Shown: positions 1-9,613 of the stretch, piece by piece
How positions within the stretch are numbered: position 1 is the stretch's first letter
Layout of the letters: each line of letters opens with the position of its first letter
NCBI GenBank assembly: GCA_964426725.1
Contig: CAYRRV010000010.1
Coordinates: 155 to 64,154 of the forward strand
Direction of reading: 5' to 3'
From: an uncultured Bacteroidales bacterium
Lineage (GTDB): Bacteria > Bacteroidota > Bacteroidia > Bacteroidales > CAYRRV01
DNA: 64,000 nucleotides
Made by a program: the position numbers and the translations under genes
Notes under the pieces: model-generated
What the model saw: only the letters and a program-made list of their open reading frames with translations
Told to the model about the DNA's origin: nothing
The model's database searches: none

Positions 1-1
1 A

Positions 2-1024
2 GTGGTATATATCGCTGAAAATATTTCCGCGGGAAATTTAAAGGTAAATTTTGACATGTCCCGCAAGATGAAAGGTGTCTACCTTGCCATGTACAAGATG
101 GTACAGAAATTAACTGAAATCATTACCAATATTTCAATGGGGGCCGATAACATCGCCGTGGCAAGCCAACAGATCAGTTCCTCTTCCCAGCAAATGTCTC
201 AGGGAGCTAACGAGGGGGCATCTTCCACGGAAGAAATATCTTCATCAATGGAAGAAATGACCTCCAACATCCAGCAAAATACAGACAATGCCCAACAAAC
301 CGAAAAAATTGCCATGATGGCAAGTGATGGTATTCGCCAGGGGAATGATTCGACTAACAAGTCGGCCGACTCAATGAAGGATATTGCCGAAAAAATTTCA
401 ATTATCAAGGATATCGCTTTTCAAACCAACATTCTCGCGCTGAATGCTGCAGTTGAAGCTGCCCGTGCCGGTGAACATGGCAAGGGATTTGCCGTTGTAG
501 CAGCTGAGGTTCGAAAGCTGGCCGAACGAAGTAAAGTCGCCGCTGAAGAAATTGATGTTGTTTCCAAATCGGGCGTTTCTATCGCGGAAAAAGCCGGGAA
601 AGAGTTACGGGAACTGGTGCCTGAAATAGAAAAGACTGCCAGGCTGGTGCAGGAAATTTCCGCGGCAAGCCTGGAACAAAACTCCGGGGCTGATCAAATC
701 AATAATGCCATACAACAGATCAACACGGTTACCCAGCAAAACGCGGCACTTTCGGAAGAACTGGCTACCAGCGCGGAAGAATTATCTTCGCAGGCCGACC
801 AGTTGAATGAATTAATTCGTTTCTTTAAAATAGATACCGAAAAAGCGAGCCGGGTAGAGCATCGAATAATCGAAACAAAAATGCCCGCTAAAAAGGATAA
901 GGATAAATCTGTAATGAGAAAAACTCTTTCAGCAGATGATAAAAAAAATAACGGTAAAAGTAACGGGGTTCACCTCCACATGTACGAGGGAAAAAAAGAC
1001 GATGGTGAATTCGAGAAAATTTAA
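2..1024 (+). CDS. Methyl-accepting chemotaxis protein, C-terminal part (5' end lies outside the window)
   Basis: Canonical MCP signalling hairpin '[40 protein letters not shown]', flanked by Q/E-rich methylation-helix-like segments. The ORF is open at the window edge. Confidence 0.9.
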   Translation: MVYIAENISAGNLKVNFDMSRKMKGVYLAMYKMVQKLTEIITNISMGADNIAVASQQISSSSQQMSQGANEGASSTEEISSSMEEMTSNIQQNTDNAQQTEKIAMMASDGIRQGNDSTNKSADSMKDIAEKISIIKDIAFQTNILALNAAVEAARAGEHGKGFAVVAAEVRKLAERSKVAAEEIDVVSKSGVSIAEKAGKELRELVPEIEKTARLVQEISAASLEQNSGADQINNAIQQINTVTQQNAALSEELATSAEELSSQADQLNELIRFFKIDTEKASRVEHRIIETKMPAKKDKDKSVMRKTLSADDKKNNGKSNGVHLHMYEGKKDDGEFEKI

Positions 1025-1185
1025 TGACCGGTCCCTGTATAATTTTGCCATATTATAATGATTTCCGGAATTCTCCGATGATACTTTGAAAATGTGGGGC
1101 ATCAACAAGGGAAATTCAGAATTTAGGCCTCCGTTTACCTGAATTCCTTCCCGCGATTGATGCCCCTCCTTATAACTCCTATATC

Positions 1186-2322
1186 ATGAAGAAAAAAAGA
1201 ATCCTGGTTTTGCTGGAAAATTTTCCTGACGCGGAAAAATTGATTCAATTCCTGACCCCTTCCTATATTGTTTTAAAAATGAACGACAAGACAGAACTGA
1301 TTTCTTCTTTGCTTCGCGGTCAAATCATGGCAATTATTACGAATGAATACTGGGTTAGTCAAAACACCGAAATAACGGATTTTTTATATAATAATCAGGT
1401 TTCATTTTATTGTATTTACCTGCTGCAAAAAAAGGAGGATGGTCACTTTTTCAATTACATCAATAAAAACTTTCATTGCAGGGTATTACTCGATCCTTTT
1501 AAAGAGGATGAGATATTACACTTGCTCGAAAAAATTGGAAAAGAGTCTGACAAGATAAAGGATTACCAGCAATTGCAAGAGAAATTTAAAGACCAATCAA
1601 GAATTTTACAGGATAATAGCGGGTATATTAATCAGTTTTTAATCAATCTTTCTCACGAGATAAGAACGCCTCTCAATGCTATTATGGGATTTGCCACGCT
1701 TTTGCCGGAGAAAACTGATGATACTGAAAAAATGAAAAAATATTGTACTATCATTAATGAAGCAGGTAATAATCTACTTAAACAAATAGATAACCTTCTT
1801 CTGGCCAGTTCTATTGAAACAGGCAGATTCAAACCGCGACTTACACTCTTTGATATTAACGAGCTGATTTTGATGCTTCATAATCATTACAGTACTCGCG
1901 GTACATCAGGCACTATACGTTTTAATGCCACGGGTTTGCAAGGAAAAAATATTAAAATTATTTCCGATAAAAATATCATTCAGATTATTCTTACCCAGTT
2001 TCTGGAAAATGCTTTCAAGTACACGATTTGTGGAACTATAGATATGGGGTATATTAAAGATAGCGATGAAATCCACCTGTTCGTGCGGGATACCGGCCCG
2101 GGTTTACCTGATTATCTGCTGAAAAGAAAGGAATTCGTGCAGTTTTGTCATTTTGGTTTCAACATGCACGGTATGCATTCAGGAATGGGATTGGGACTGG
2201 CTGTTGCGCAAAAACTGGCTAAAATAATGGGAGGCAGCATATGGTTTGAATCTGAAAAAGGCAACGGTACTACCTTTTATTTTTCCATTCCATGGGTGAA
2301 ACCCGGGAACGCGAATGTATGA
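1186..2322 (+). CDS. Sensor histidine kinase with a degenerate N-terminal receiver-like domain
   Basis: HisKA H-box 'LSHEIRTPLNAIMGFATLL'. HATPase_c motifs 'FVRDTGPGL' and 'GMGLGLAVAQKLAKIMGGSIWFESEKGNGTTFYF'. The N-terminus 'KRILVLLEN' resembles a REC fold but lacks the acidic DD pocket. Confidence 0.8.
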   Translation: MKKKRILVLLENFPDAEKLIQFLTPSYIVLKMNDKTELISSLLRGQIMAIITNEYWVSQNTEITDFLYNNQVSFYCIYLLQKKEDGHFFNYINKNFHCRVLLDPFKEDEILHLLEKIGKESDKIKDYQQLQEKFKDQSRILQDNSGYINQFLINLSHEIRTPLNAIMGFATLLPEKTDDTEKMKKYCTIINEAGNNLLKQIDNLLLASSIETGRFKPRLTLFDINELILMLHNHYSTRGTSGTIRFNATGLQGKNIKIISDKNIIQIILTQFLENAFKYTICGTIDMGYIKDSDEIHLFVRDTGPGLPDYLLKRKEFVQFCHFGFNMHGMHSGMGLGLAVAQKLAKIMGGSIWFESEKGNGTTFYFSIPWVKPGNANV

Positions 2323-2338
2323 CTTTGCCGGGGACATG

Positions 2339-3343
2339 TCACGGGTTTTTCCTGTATACCCCGAAAATAAAATCACTATCCTGATCCTTATTTTCCAGGA
2401 ATTGGTCTTCAATACTGAATACCTGGTTTAATATTCCTGCTTTTTCTTCCGTATCGTCTGTAAAATGATGGGCAATATCTTTAAACAGCAGCATGGTTAA
2501 ATCACCTCCAGGGTTTTTCTCTTCAACTACCTGGAATTTTTTTCTCACGGCGGGTAATATATTTTCAGATTCAATTGCTTCCGATGGATCAGAAAATAAC
2601 ATCCTCAAATAGCCGGGACCGTGTACCCTGTTTTTTATCAATCCCGTTTTTACCCTCTTTCTATATTGGGGCGGAATAATTTCCGCGAGTATCCCGTTGA
2701 TGATTTTAATTTTTTCCCGTGAAATTTGAAGGCGATTAGGACCAACATATTCGTTTATTAATAAAAATCCACCCGGCCTTAGTGTTCCATGTACTTTATC
2801 CAAGAGAGAATCAACATTTTTAAAATGATGGAGTGATGAATGAAATAAAACCACATCATAAGTATTTCGGGGGAATTCATACCGGTTAATGTCTGCTGGT
2901 TCAAAAACCATGTTATGCAAACTTTCCCGGATGGCAATATCCCGGGCTTCTTTTAATTTGTTCTCTGAGAAATCGATACATTTTACTTCCCGGAAGCATC
3001 CATGCCGGGCAAAAGCCATCTCGTGGCTTGCAATGCCGCTTCCCAGCGCTAAAAATTTGAGATTATCTTTTTGCTGAAGAAACTTCCTGACAAAATAATC
3101 CTCGTATGAAGTATCAGGATCCCCGGATATTTTGTGATTCCACCTTCTCCTGATGGCTGGAATAATCCAGTAATCTGCAGAAATCTTTGCCCTCTGGTTA
3201 AATGTAGCTTTCGTTCTTTTTCTGGCTGAAAAATTGATCTTCGCAAAAATGAACCCTAAATCCCGTAAATGAATCTCTGTATATATATCAATTATATCAT
3301 CAAAAGTTATCAGCCGCATTCTCGTGTAAATTCTTTTATGCAA
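2339..3343 (-). CDS. Class I SAM-dependent methyltransferase
   Basis: Motif I-like 'FLALGSGIASHE'. Post-I/II motifs 'CIDFSENKL', 'YDVVLFHSSLHHF' and 'LRPGGFLLINEYVGP'. Confidence 0.7.
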   Translation of the reverse strand: MHKRIYTRMRLITFDDIIDIYTEIHLRDLGFIFAKINFSARKRTKATFNQRAKISADYWIIPAIRRRWNHKISGDPDTSYEDYFVRKFLQQKDNLKFLALGSGIASHEMAFARHGCFREVKCIDFSENKLKEARDIAIRESLHNMVFEPADINRYEFPRNTYDVVLFHSSLHHFKNVDSLLDKVHGTLRPGGFLLINEYVGPNRLQISREKIKIINGILAEIIPPQYRKRVKTGLIKNRVHGPGYLRMLFSDPSEAIESENILPAVRKKFQVVEEKNPGGDLTMLLFKDIAHHFTDDTEEKAGILNQVFSIEDQFLENKDQDSDFIFGVYRKNP

Positions 3344-3457
3344 TAATAAAAATGAATATCTTATCCCTGAAATTCAGGAATAAATATAGAGAATATTTCT
3401 AATAATATATTGTTTTTCAATTAATAATCCTTATATTAGTACTGAATATACTCAAGT

Positions 3458-5545
3458 ATGGGTAGTATGGCGAAACCAAAGCCTAAAAAACAAGGGATAA
3501 AAACATTAAACGATATTGACAAACTTCAAAAAAGTATTGAATGGTATGATACTGTTCAAATTAAAAATATTACATATGAATTGATTGAAGAACTCAGGAG
3601 GCTGCTAAAGGAAAATGAAACCCTTGCAGGCAAAATTCATAATTATACCTGTTCAGAAAAAGTCGAGGAATTACAAGACACACCGTTAATATTACAAAGA
3701 TATATTGACCTTTTCAATGCGATACCAGACGCGGTTTTTGTTCATACATTGCACCCCAATGAACCACCAGGGAAATTTATCGAGGTAAACCGTGTTGCCT
3801 GCGAGAGGTTGGGTTACACGAGAGAAGAATTGCTGAATATGTCATATATCAACATCGATGACAAGGATTCTTCCACGGATCTGAAACCAATCATTGAAAA
3901 GATTATCAAAAGAGAACCATGTACTTTCAGGCAGGTACACGTTTCAAAAAATGGAAAAAAAATCCCGGTTGAAATACATGCAAAACCAATTCAGATAGGT
4001 GGTAAACCTGCAACCATATCTATAGTAACTGATATAAGGGATCGGGTAGCTTCAATTGAGAGACAGGAAAAATTACTACATATCATTGAAAGCGCTCCTA
4101 TAGGTATTGCCATGGTCAACAGGGAGGGCGCGCTGGTTGATTGCAATCGCCATTTTGAAAAAATAGTTGGATACACCAGGGAAGTATTGCTGGAATTGTC
4201 CTATAAAAAATTAACTTTCCAGGAAGATCTAAAGCAAGAAATCCCGCTCATTAAAAAGTTATGGAAAAAAGAAATTTCTGATTACCGGATTGAAAAAAGG
4301 TACATTAAAAAAAACGGAGACATTAAATGGGTCGAGGTTTCATGTTCGCTTTTGGAACGTCCCGGGATGAGAACAGAGTATGCTTTTGCTTTCGTGCAGG
4401 ATATTACCGAGCGTGTGAATACCAGGAAAAAACTGGAAGAAAGCGAGAAGAAACTAAAATACGCTGAGAAAATTGCAAAAATAGGGTATTTCGAGATCGA
4501 TATAAAATCCAAAACCTGTAAATGCTCCGATGAGATTTATGAAATATTCGGAATTACACCAGAGGAAGTACTTGATGTACAATCCATGGATAATTTTACA
4601 CGGTTTATTCATGATACAGATAAAGAGAAAGTGATTAACAGTTTCTTTCGAGGTATTCACGCGGCGGAACCGATGCAGTTAAACTTCCGGATTAAACGAA
4701 AAGATAAAAAAACAAGGGTGATCCAGTCGAGAACTGAAGTCATTTTACATGATAATCAGGAACCTGTCTCAGTGTTTGGTACTATCCAGGATATTACCGA
4801 TCAGGAAAAAGCGCGGAGGCTATTACAACAACAGAACCGGAAACTCACCGGGTTAAATGATACCAAGGATAAACTTTTTTCAATTATATCGCATGATTTA
4901 AAGGCCCCGTATAATAATCTACTAGGATTTACAGAGCTTCTATACAGGAAAATCAAGTCAGGCGATCTCGCTAAAATTGAAGAATACGCTTATTACATAA
5001 ACACATCGGCCCGACAGGGTTACGAGTTGTTACAGCGATTGCTTGAATGGTCAGTAACACAAACCGGTAAAATTGAGATTTCCAAGGAAGATATTTTCCC
5101 TTTCAAAATAGTGAATGAAGAAATTGAATCGTTAAAAATAAGTGCTGTTAAAAAGGATATCATCATTCAAAACGAGTTAGATCAGGAACTCACTATTTAC
5201 AGTGATCCTAACGTGTTTAGGATAATTACCCGTAATCTTCTGTCGAACGCGATTAAATTTACCCCTGCCGGCGGGCAAATCGACATATCGGCTGTTCGAA
5301 CACCTGATAAAACATACATTGGCATAAGAGACACTGGAGTTGGCTTGACCGAACAGGAGATTGCCAGGTTGTTTAAATTAAAAAAAACAGATACCAGGGG
5401 TACAGCCGGGGAAAAAGGCACAGGTCTTGGCCTGCTAATTTGTAAAGAATTGGTTGAAAAAGCAGGAGGAAAGATCACGGTAGAGAGTCATAAAGGCCTG
5501 GGTTCTACCTTCATGATAACCTTACCTTCTGAGGGTATAGAATAA
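3458..5545 (+). CDS. Multi-PAS sensor histidine kinase
   Basis: Three PAS-like modules ending 'ISIVTDIRDR', 'AFVQDITERV' and 'GTIQDITDQEKA'. H-box 'FSIISHDLKAPYNNLLGF'. HATPase_c 'IRDTGVGLT' and 'GTGLGLLICKELVEKAGGKITVESHKGLGSTF'. The true start may be the ATG at 3467. Confidence 0.85.
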   Translation: MGSMAKPKPKKQGIKTLNDIDKLQKSIEWYDTVQIKNITYELIEELRRLLKENETLAGKIHNYTCSEKVEELQDTPLILQRYIDLFNAIPDAVFVHTLHPNEPPGKFIEVNRVACERLGYTREELLNMSYINIDDKDSSTDLKPIIEKIIKREPCTFRQVHVSKNGKKIPVEIHAKPIQIGGKPATISIVTDIRDRVASIERQEKLLHIIESAPIGIAMVNREGALVDCNRHFEKIVGYTREVLLELSYKKLTFQEDLKQEIPLIKKLWKKEISDYRIEKRYIKKNGDIKWVEVSCSLLERPGMRTEYAFAFVQDITERVNTRKKLEESEKKLKYAEKIAKIGYFEIDIKSKTCKCSDEIYEIFGITPEEVLDVQSMDNFTRFIHDTDKEKVINSFFRGIHAAEPMQLNFRIKRKDKKTRVIQSRTEVILHDNQEPVSVFGTIQDITDQEKARRLLQQQNRKLTGLNDTKDKLFSIISHDLKAPYNNLLGFTELLYRKIKSGDLAKIEEYAYYINTSARQGYELLQRLLEWSVTQTGKIEISKEDIFPFKIVNEEIESLKISAVKKDIIIQNELDQELTIYSDPNVFRIITRNLLSNAIKFTPAGGQIDISAVRTPDKTYIGIRDTGVGLTEQEIARLFKLKKTDTRGTAGEKGTGLGLLICKELVEKAGGKITVESHKGLGSTFMITLPSEGIE

Positions 5546-5660
5546 TTATGAACGGGATCACTTAACTTTGGCTTGTAATAATTTGAATAAAGTTGAATGA
5601 ATGGTACAATGCTTTTCTTAATTGTAACCATTAACATGCGATTTTTTTGATATTATTTCT

Positions 5661-5668
5661 TATATTTG
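5661..5668 (+). promoter_or_regulatory. Bacteroidota-type -7 promoter box TATATTTG upstream of tRNA-Arg
   Basis: Exact match to TAnnTTTG, ending 10 nt before the mature tRNA 5' end. Confidence 0.45.
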
Positions 5669-5678
5669 CAACCCCAAT

Positions 5679-5752
5679 GGACTTGTAGCTTAATTGGATA
5701 GAGCACCTGACTACGGATCAGGAGGTTGGGGGTTCGAGTCCCTCCAAGTTCA
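5679..5752 (+). tRNA. tRNA-Arg (anticodon ACG)
   Basis: Hand-folded cloverleaf. Acceptor GGACTTG/CAAGTTC (one G-U) with discriminator A. Anticodon stem CCTGA/TCAGG, loop CTACGGA (anticodon ACG). T-arm GGGGG-TTCGAGT-CCCTC. CCA is not encoded. Confidence 0.9.
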
Positions 5753-5859
5753 CGAATCAAGAGTAGTGGCGCGGTACATTTGATATTGCAGAAAAAATGT
5801 CACTAATTTACGACAAATGGCACAGATCAACCGCCATTTCTGCATTGACATGACAGTAG

Positions 5860-5901
5860 AGTGCAAGTAATGAGCAACAGCGAGGTACTTGCACTTTTTT
5901 T
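5860..5901 (+). terminator. Intrinsic terminator about 108 nt downstream of tRNA-Arg
   Basis: Perfect 10-bp stem AGTGCAAGTA (5860-5869) / TACTTGCACT (5886-5895), followed by TTTTTT. Confidence 0.7.
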
Positions 5902-6101
5902 AGTTGTAATTGTTCCGACCAGGGATGTCGGGAGTTATTTTAATTGAAATCAGGAGTCCCCGGCCTTATTGGTCAGCAGCTATTCGATGAATAGGGATTG
6001 GAATTTCCCGGAATCATGTAATGTTGGTAATCAATTGCCCCGGATTCAACCCGGGTATTCGGATCGCGGCCTGGAACAGGAGAATTGCAGGGACAATACA
6101 G

Positions 6102-6554
6102 CTATCTCACTACATTCACGTTCACTGCCACCGGTCCCTTGGGTCCGGGTTCAACCTCGAAATTAACCTTGTTGCCTTCTTCTATGGGTTCATTCAACCT
6201 TCTCACGTGAACAAAAACCTTTTCTTTTGTTTCTGAATCCACGATAAATCCAAATCCTTTTTCATGATTAAAAAATGAAACAGTTCCCTCGCGAATCGGG
6301 TCCAGATCATCATCCTCGCCTTTCTTGGGAATGCTTATTTCAATATCTTCAGCCTTTATTTTTTCTTTTTTACCCGGGTCGGGGGGAGTGGAGGTAATCT
6401 GACCGTTTTCATCCACGTAGGCGATCATGTCATCAAGTCCGGATTTATTTTCGTTTTCTTTTCTTTCCAGTCTCTTTTTCTCTTTTTCTTTCCTCTTTTT
6501 CTCTTTTTTGTTTCTTACTTCTTTCTTGTTAAAAGATTCGTGTGATCTTCCCAT
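6102..6554 (-). CDS. Cold-shock-domain protein with a highly charged K/E-rich N-terminal extension
   Basis: C-terminal CSD 'GTVSFFNHEKGFGFIVDSETKEKVFVHV' (RNP1-like KGFGFI). N-terminal low-complexity stretch 'KKEVRNKKEKKRKEKEKKRLERKENE'. Confidence 0.8.
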   Translation of the reverse strand: MGRSHESFNKKEVRNKKEKKRKEKEKKRLERKENENKSGLDDMIAYVDENGQITSTPPDPGKKEKIKAEDIEISIPKKGEDDDLDPIREGTVSFFNHEKGFGFIVDSETKEKVFVHVRRLNEPIEEGNKVNFEVEPGPKGPVAVNVNVVR

Positions 6555-6591
6555 AAAATAATTGTAGTTTTTCGTGAATACTTTTTTTCTA

Positions 6592-7452
6592 CTAAAATAA
6601 GATATTTTTTCCCTTTAACAGTATTTTTAAACGATTTATTCCGTTGCTCCTGATTTGTCTTATTCTTTCCGAGGACATGTCCATTTTTTGTGCAATATCG
6701 TGCAGCGAATACATTCGGGTTCCCTGTAAACCAAAAGACATGGTTATAATTTCTGCTTCCCTGGGGTTTAATTTTTCCAACGCCCTGGTAATGTCTTTAA
6801 CTAAGGATTCATCTATTAAATTGTCGTCGGGGGGCTTTATATTGCCCGTTTGTACAACATCATATAGGTTAAAATCGCCCTGATCATCACCCGCGAGTGG
6901 TTTGTCAAAAGAAACCTGCCGGCTTTTGATGAAATTGGCTGTTTTTACTTCTTCTGAATTCATATCAAGGTGCAGGGCAATTTCTTCATCAGTGGGCTCT
7001 CTCTCCAGTTTTTGTTCCAGGTATGGTATGGCCCTGGATATTTTGTTCATCGACGATAACCTGTTAAGTGGCAAACGCACGATTCTCGTATTTTCGCTAA
7101 TAGCCTGAATAATTCCCTGCCTGATCCACCACACGGCATAAGAAATAAACTTGAATCCTCTGGTTTCGTCAAATTTTTTAGCAGCTTTTACCAAGCCAAG
7201 GTTTCCCTCGTTTATAAGGTCAGGAAACGATAATCCCTGGTTTTGGTACTGTTTCGCTACAGAAACAACAAAGCGAAGGTTGGCGAGAACAAGGCGTTCC
7301 AGGGCAATCTGATCACCGTTTTTTATTCTTACCGTGAGATCAACTTCTTCTTCGGGGGTAATCATCGGGTATTTATTGATGTCTTGAAAATACCGGTTGA
7401 TTGAAGCTTCCTCTCTTGGAGTAATTTGCTTTGTTATTTTAAGCTGTCGCAT
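6592..7452 (-). CDS. rpoD: Primary RNA polymerase sigma factor (sigma-70 family, short Bacteroidota type)
   Basis: Region 2 'NLRFVVSVAKQYQNQGLSFPDLINEGNLGLVKAAKKFDETRGFKFISYAVWWIRQ', plus regions 3 and 4 ('YSLHDIAQKMDMSSERIRQI'). The 286-aa size is typical of the Bacteroidota housekeeping sigma. Confidence 0.85.
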   Translation of the reverse strand: MRQLKITKQITPREEASINRYFQDINKYPMITPEEEVDLTVRIKNGDQIALERLVLANLRFVVSVAKQYQNQGLSFPDLINEGNLGLVKAAKKFDETRGFKFISYAVWWIRQGIIQAISENTRIVRLPLNRLSSMNKISRAIPYLEQKLEREPTDEEIALHLDMNSEEVKTANFIKSRQVSFDKPLAGDDQGDFNLYDVVQTGNIKPPDDNLIDESLVKDITRALEKLNPREAEIITMSFGLQGTRMYSLHDIAQKMDMSSERIRQIRSNGINRLKILLKGKNILF

Positions 7453-7542
7453 CTAGTGTCATGTCAATAAAAATTGATGGTTGATCTGTGCCTCGTGTCC
7501 TGAATAAAGGAACATCTCTTCTGCAATATCAAATGTGACGCG

Positions 7543-8631
7543 TCACTTGTGGGTTAAAAATGCTATTCTGGCACTTTCAAATTCATTGATTAGTTCCTTG
7601 AATAATTTTTTCACAGATGTTATTTTTTTTATCCTGCTCCCGTTACTCCCGGTAAATGCAAATCCCTTGTCAAGGTTCCCCCTGAAGGCTTCGAGCAAAG
7701 CACTGGCTATGCAATAAGGTGTAGTTTTTGGATTGCATGATTTAATGCAATTATACTTGCAATTGCAGGGTTTTCTTTTACCCTCGGCTGCTTCCAGTAG
7801 AAACTTGTTAAATATCGCCCTGCCGGGCATTCCTACAGGACTTTTAATTATCTGAATATCATCAGGCATTGCCTTAATAAAGGCATCTTTAAATACCGGT
7901 GAGGCATCACACTCATGGGTTGCTATGAATCTTGTGCCCATTTGCACAGCAGAAGCACCCTTATTGAAAATTTCAAAAATATCATTCCCGTTGTAAATTC
8001 CCCCTGCCGCGATTACAGGTATGGTCTTATTGTACTTTTCTTTAATATCTTCAGTAACAGATAAAACATCCGTGAGAAGAATTTCAAGAGAATTATTCAG
8101 CTCCGCTATCCCATCAGGTTTAAAACCAAGGTGTCCTCCTGCTTTAGGCCCTTCTAACACGAGTGCATCAGGCAGGTAATCGTAATTCTGTTTCCACTTG
8201 TTGCATATAATGGAAGCAGCTCTTGCAGACGATATAATTGGAACGAGTTTCGTTTTTATTCCTTTCCCGAGGTATTTCGGTAAATCGAGAGGTAAACCGG
8301 CACCCGAGAAAATTATATCAATTTTTTCCTCTATGGATGTAAGCACCATGTCTGAAAAGTTAGTTAAAACCGACATGATGTTCACGCCAAGAACTCCCCG
8401 CGTTAGCTCGCGGGCTTTTCTTATTTCACATTTTAGTTTTTCAATATTGTTTTTCCTGAAACCGCCGACAGGGTTTTCATCGAGAAAACCTAATCCCACG
8501 GTAGAAATTACCCCTATGCCTCCCATGTTTGCCACGGCTGAAGCAAGTCCTGACAAAGAAATGCCAATACCCATTCCTCCCTGTATGATTGGAATGGGTA
8601 TTGTAAGATCTCCAATATGTAATGGATTCAA
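7543..8631 (-). CDS. NAD(P)H-dependent flavin oxidoreductase (nitronate monooxygenase / FabK-like family)
   Basis: N-terminal 'PIIQGGMGIGISLSGLASAVANMGGIGVIS' and 'EGPKAGGHLG' ... 'PVIAAGGI' FMN-barrel motifs. Has an unusual Cys-rich insert 'KPCNCKYNCIKSCNPKTTPYC'. Confidence 0.7.
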   Translation of the reverse strand: MNPLHIGDLTIPIPIIQGGMGIGISLSGLASAVANMGGIGVISTVGLGFLDENPVGGFRKNNIEKLKCEIRKARELTRGVLGVNIMSVLTNFSDMVLTSIEEKIDIIFSGAGLPLDLPKYLGKGIKTKLVPIISSARAASIICNKWKQNYDYLPDALVLEGPKAGGHLGFKPDGIAELNNSLEILLTDVLSVTEDIKEKYNKTIPVIAAGGIYNGNDIFEIFNKGASAVQMGTRFIATHECDASPVFKDAFIKAMPDDIQIIKSPVGMPGRAIFNKFLLEAAEGKRKPCNCKYNCIKSCNPKTTPYCIASALLEAFRGNLDKGFAFTGSNGSRIKKITSVKKLFKELINEFESARIAFLTHK

Positions 8632-8641
8632 ATTAAACAGA

Positions 8642-8842
8642 TTAATTTATAGATTTTACATTCACGGCCATAAGCCCCTTTTCTCCTTCTTTCGTGTCGA
8701 ATTCAACTTCCTGTTCGGGTTGAAGTCCCGCGTACGCGCTTGTTAGTCCGGTTCGGTGAACAAATATATCTTTACCATTTTCAGATTCAATGAAACCAAA
8801 TCCCTTGGTTTCGTTGTACCATTTTACTTTTCCTTTAGTCAT
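8642..8842 (-). CDS. Cold-shock protein (CspA family, 66 aa)
   Basis: 'GKVKWYNETKGFGFIESENGKDIFVH' carries the RNP1/RNP2 motifs. Typical size. Confidence 0.9.
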   Translation of the reverse strand: MTKGKVKWYNETKGFGFIESENGKDIFVHRTGLTSAYAGLQPEQEVEFDTKEGEKGLMAVNVKSIN

Positions 8843-8853
8843 TTTCTTTAATG

Positions 8854-9105
8854 TTAATTGTTTTCTCTTGATCTGGCTTCATTGACAACCATATCCCTGT
8901 TTTCGTAAACTGTACCGTTCAGGCTTTCAATGGCTTCTTTTGCTTCATTCTCATTTTCCATGATCACGAAACCGAAACCTTTACTTCTGCCACTGTACCT
9001 ATCGGTAATAATTTTTGAAGAATTTACAGACCCGTATTCACCGAATACTTCTTCCAGGTCGTTTTCATTAACCTTGTAATTAAGGTTTCCTACATAAATG
9101 TTCAT
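8854..9105 (-). CDS. RRM-type RNA-binding protein
   Basis: RNP2 'NIYVGNL' and RNP1 'KGFGFVIM'. 83 aa. Sits 11 nt upstream of the csp gene. Confidence 0.85.
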   Translation of the reverse strand: MNIYVGNLNYKVNENDLEEVFGEYGSVNSSKIITDRYSGRSKGFGFVIMENENEAKEAIESLNGTVYENRDMVVNEARSRENN

Positions 9106-9613
9106 TAATAAAATTTTATTGGATTTAAAAAACGAGTCGTGATGGACTAAAACCGGAGGGTGTCAATTCAAAATAACCCAAATTTTCAAATCAGTTAATA
9201 CGCGAAGGTATGTTAATATTTTAAAAGTATCGACATTAATCAGGAATTATTCATAAAAAATAAAGAAAACTGAAATATCCTGGTCTGTTAACCTGCAAAT
9301 AATCTTTTCTTTCGCCTTGCAACTCTGGAGTAAAACTCTTGTCTTTATTGTATTTCGTACCTTTAAAATTGATAAAATCAAAAATGCAATTCAATATATC
9401 ATTATTTTGGCAGATAGCTTTTATGGTCTTTACATTTCAATGTCTCACGATCAGGCATGTTTTTTACTTCATCTTTCGCTGTATTAACTGTGTTTTAAAC
9501 TTTGTGAATAAGCCCGCTATCCTCGTTTTACGTATTTTTTGCTTTAATATGTTAATCACGGTATGGTCTGTTTCAAATTATTTATTATATTTATTCTCTC
9601 AAAACCCTGAGCA

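Noticed and set aside
199-408. Short antisense or overlapping ORFs from the six-frame track. Examples: 199-408, 2179-2412, 3991-4660, 8198-8746, 9779-10413, 12281-14718, 16005-16268, 36100-37559, 40048-41995, 50261-51480, 54369-55405, 55754-56833, 60514-61108 and 62167-63146.
   Set aside because: Each lies inside, and opposite to or out of frame with, a long ORF that has strong family motifs. Their translations are low-complexity shadow frames with no recognisable motifs.
5920-5950. A shared GTCGGGAGT(T/G)ATTT hairpin-plus-T-rich element at 5925-5950 and 32866-32885, as a possible dispersed repeat (REP-like).
   Set aside because: Only about 12-14 nt are shared. Both copies are adequately explained as ordinary small terminator-like hairpins. 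Two copies are not enough to call a repeat family without a genome-wide search.
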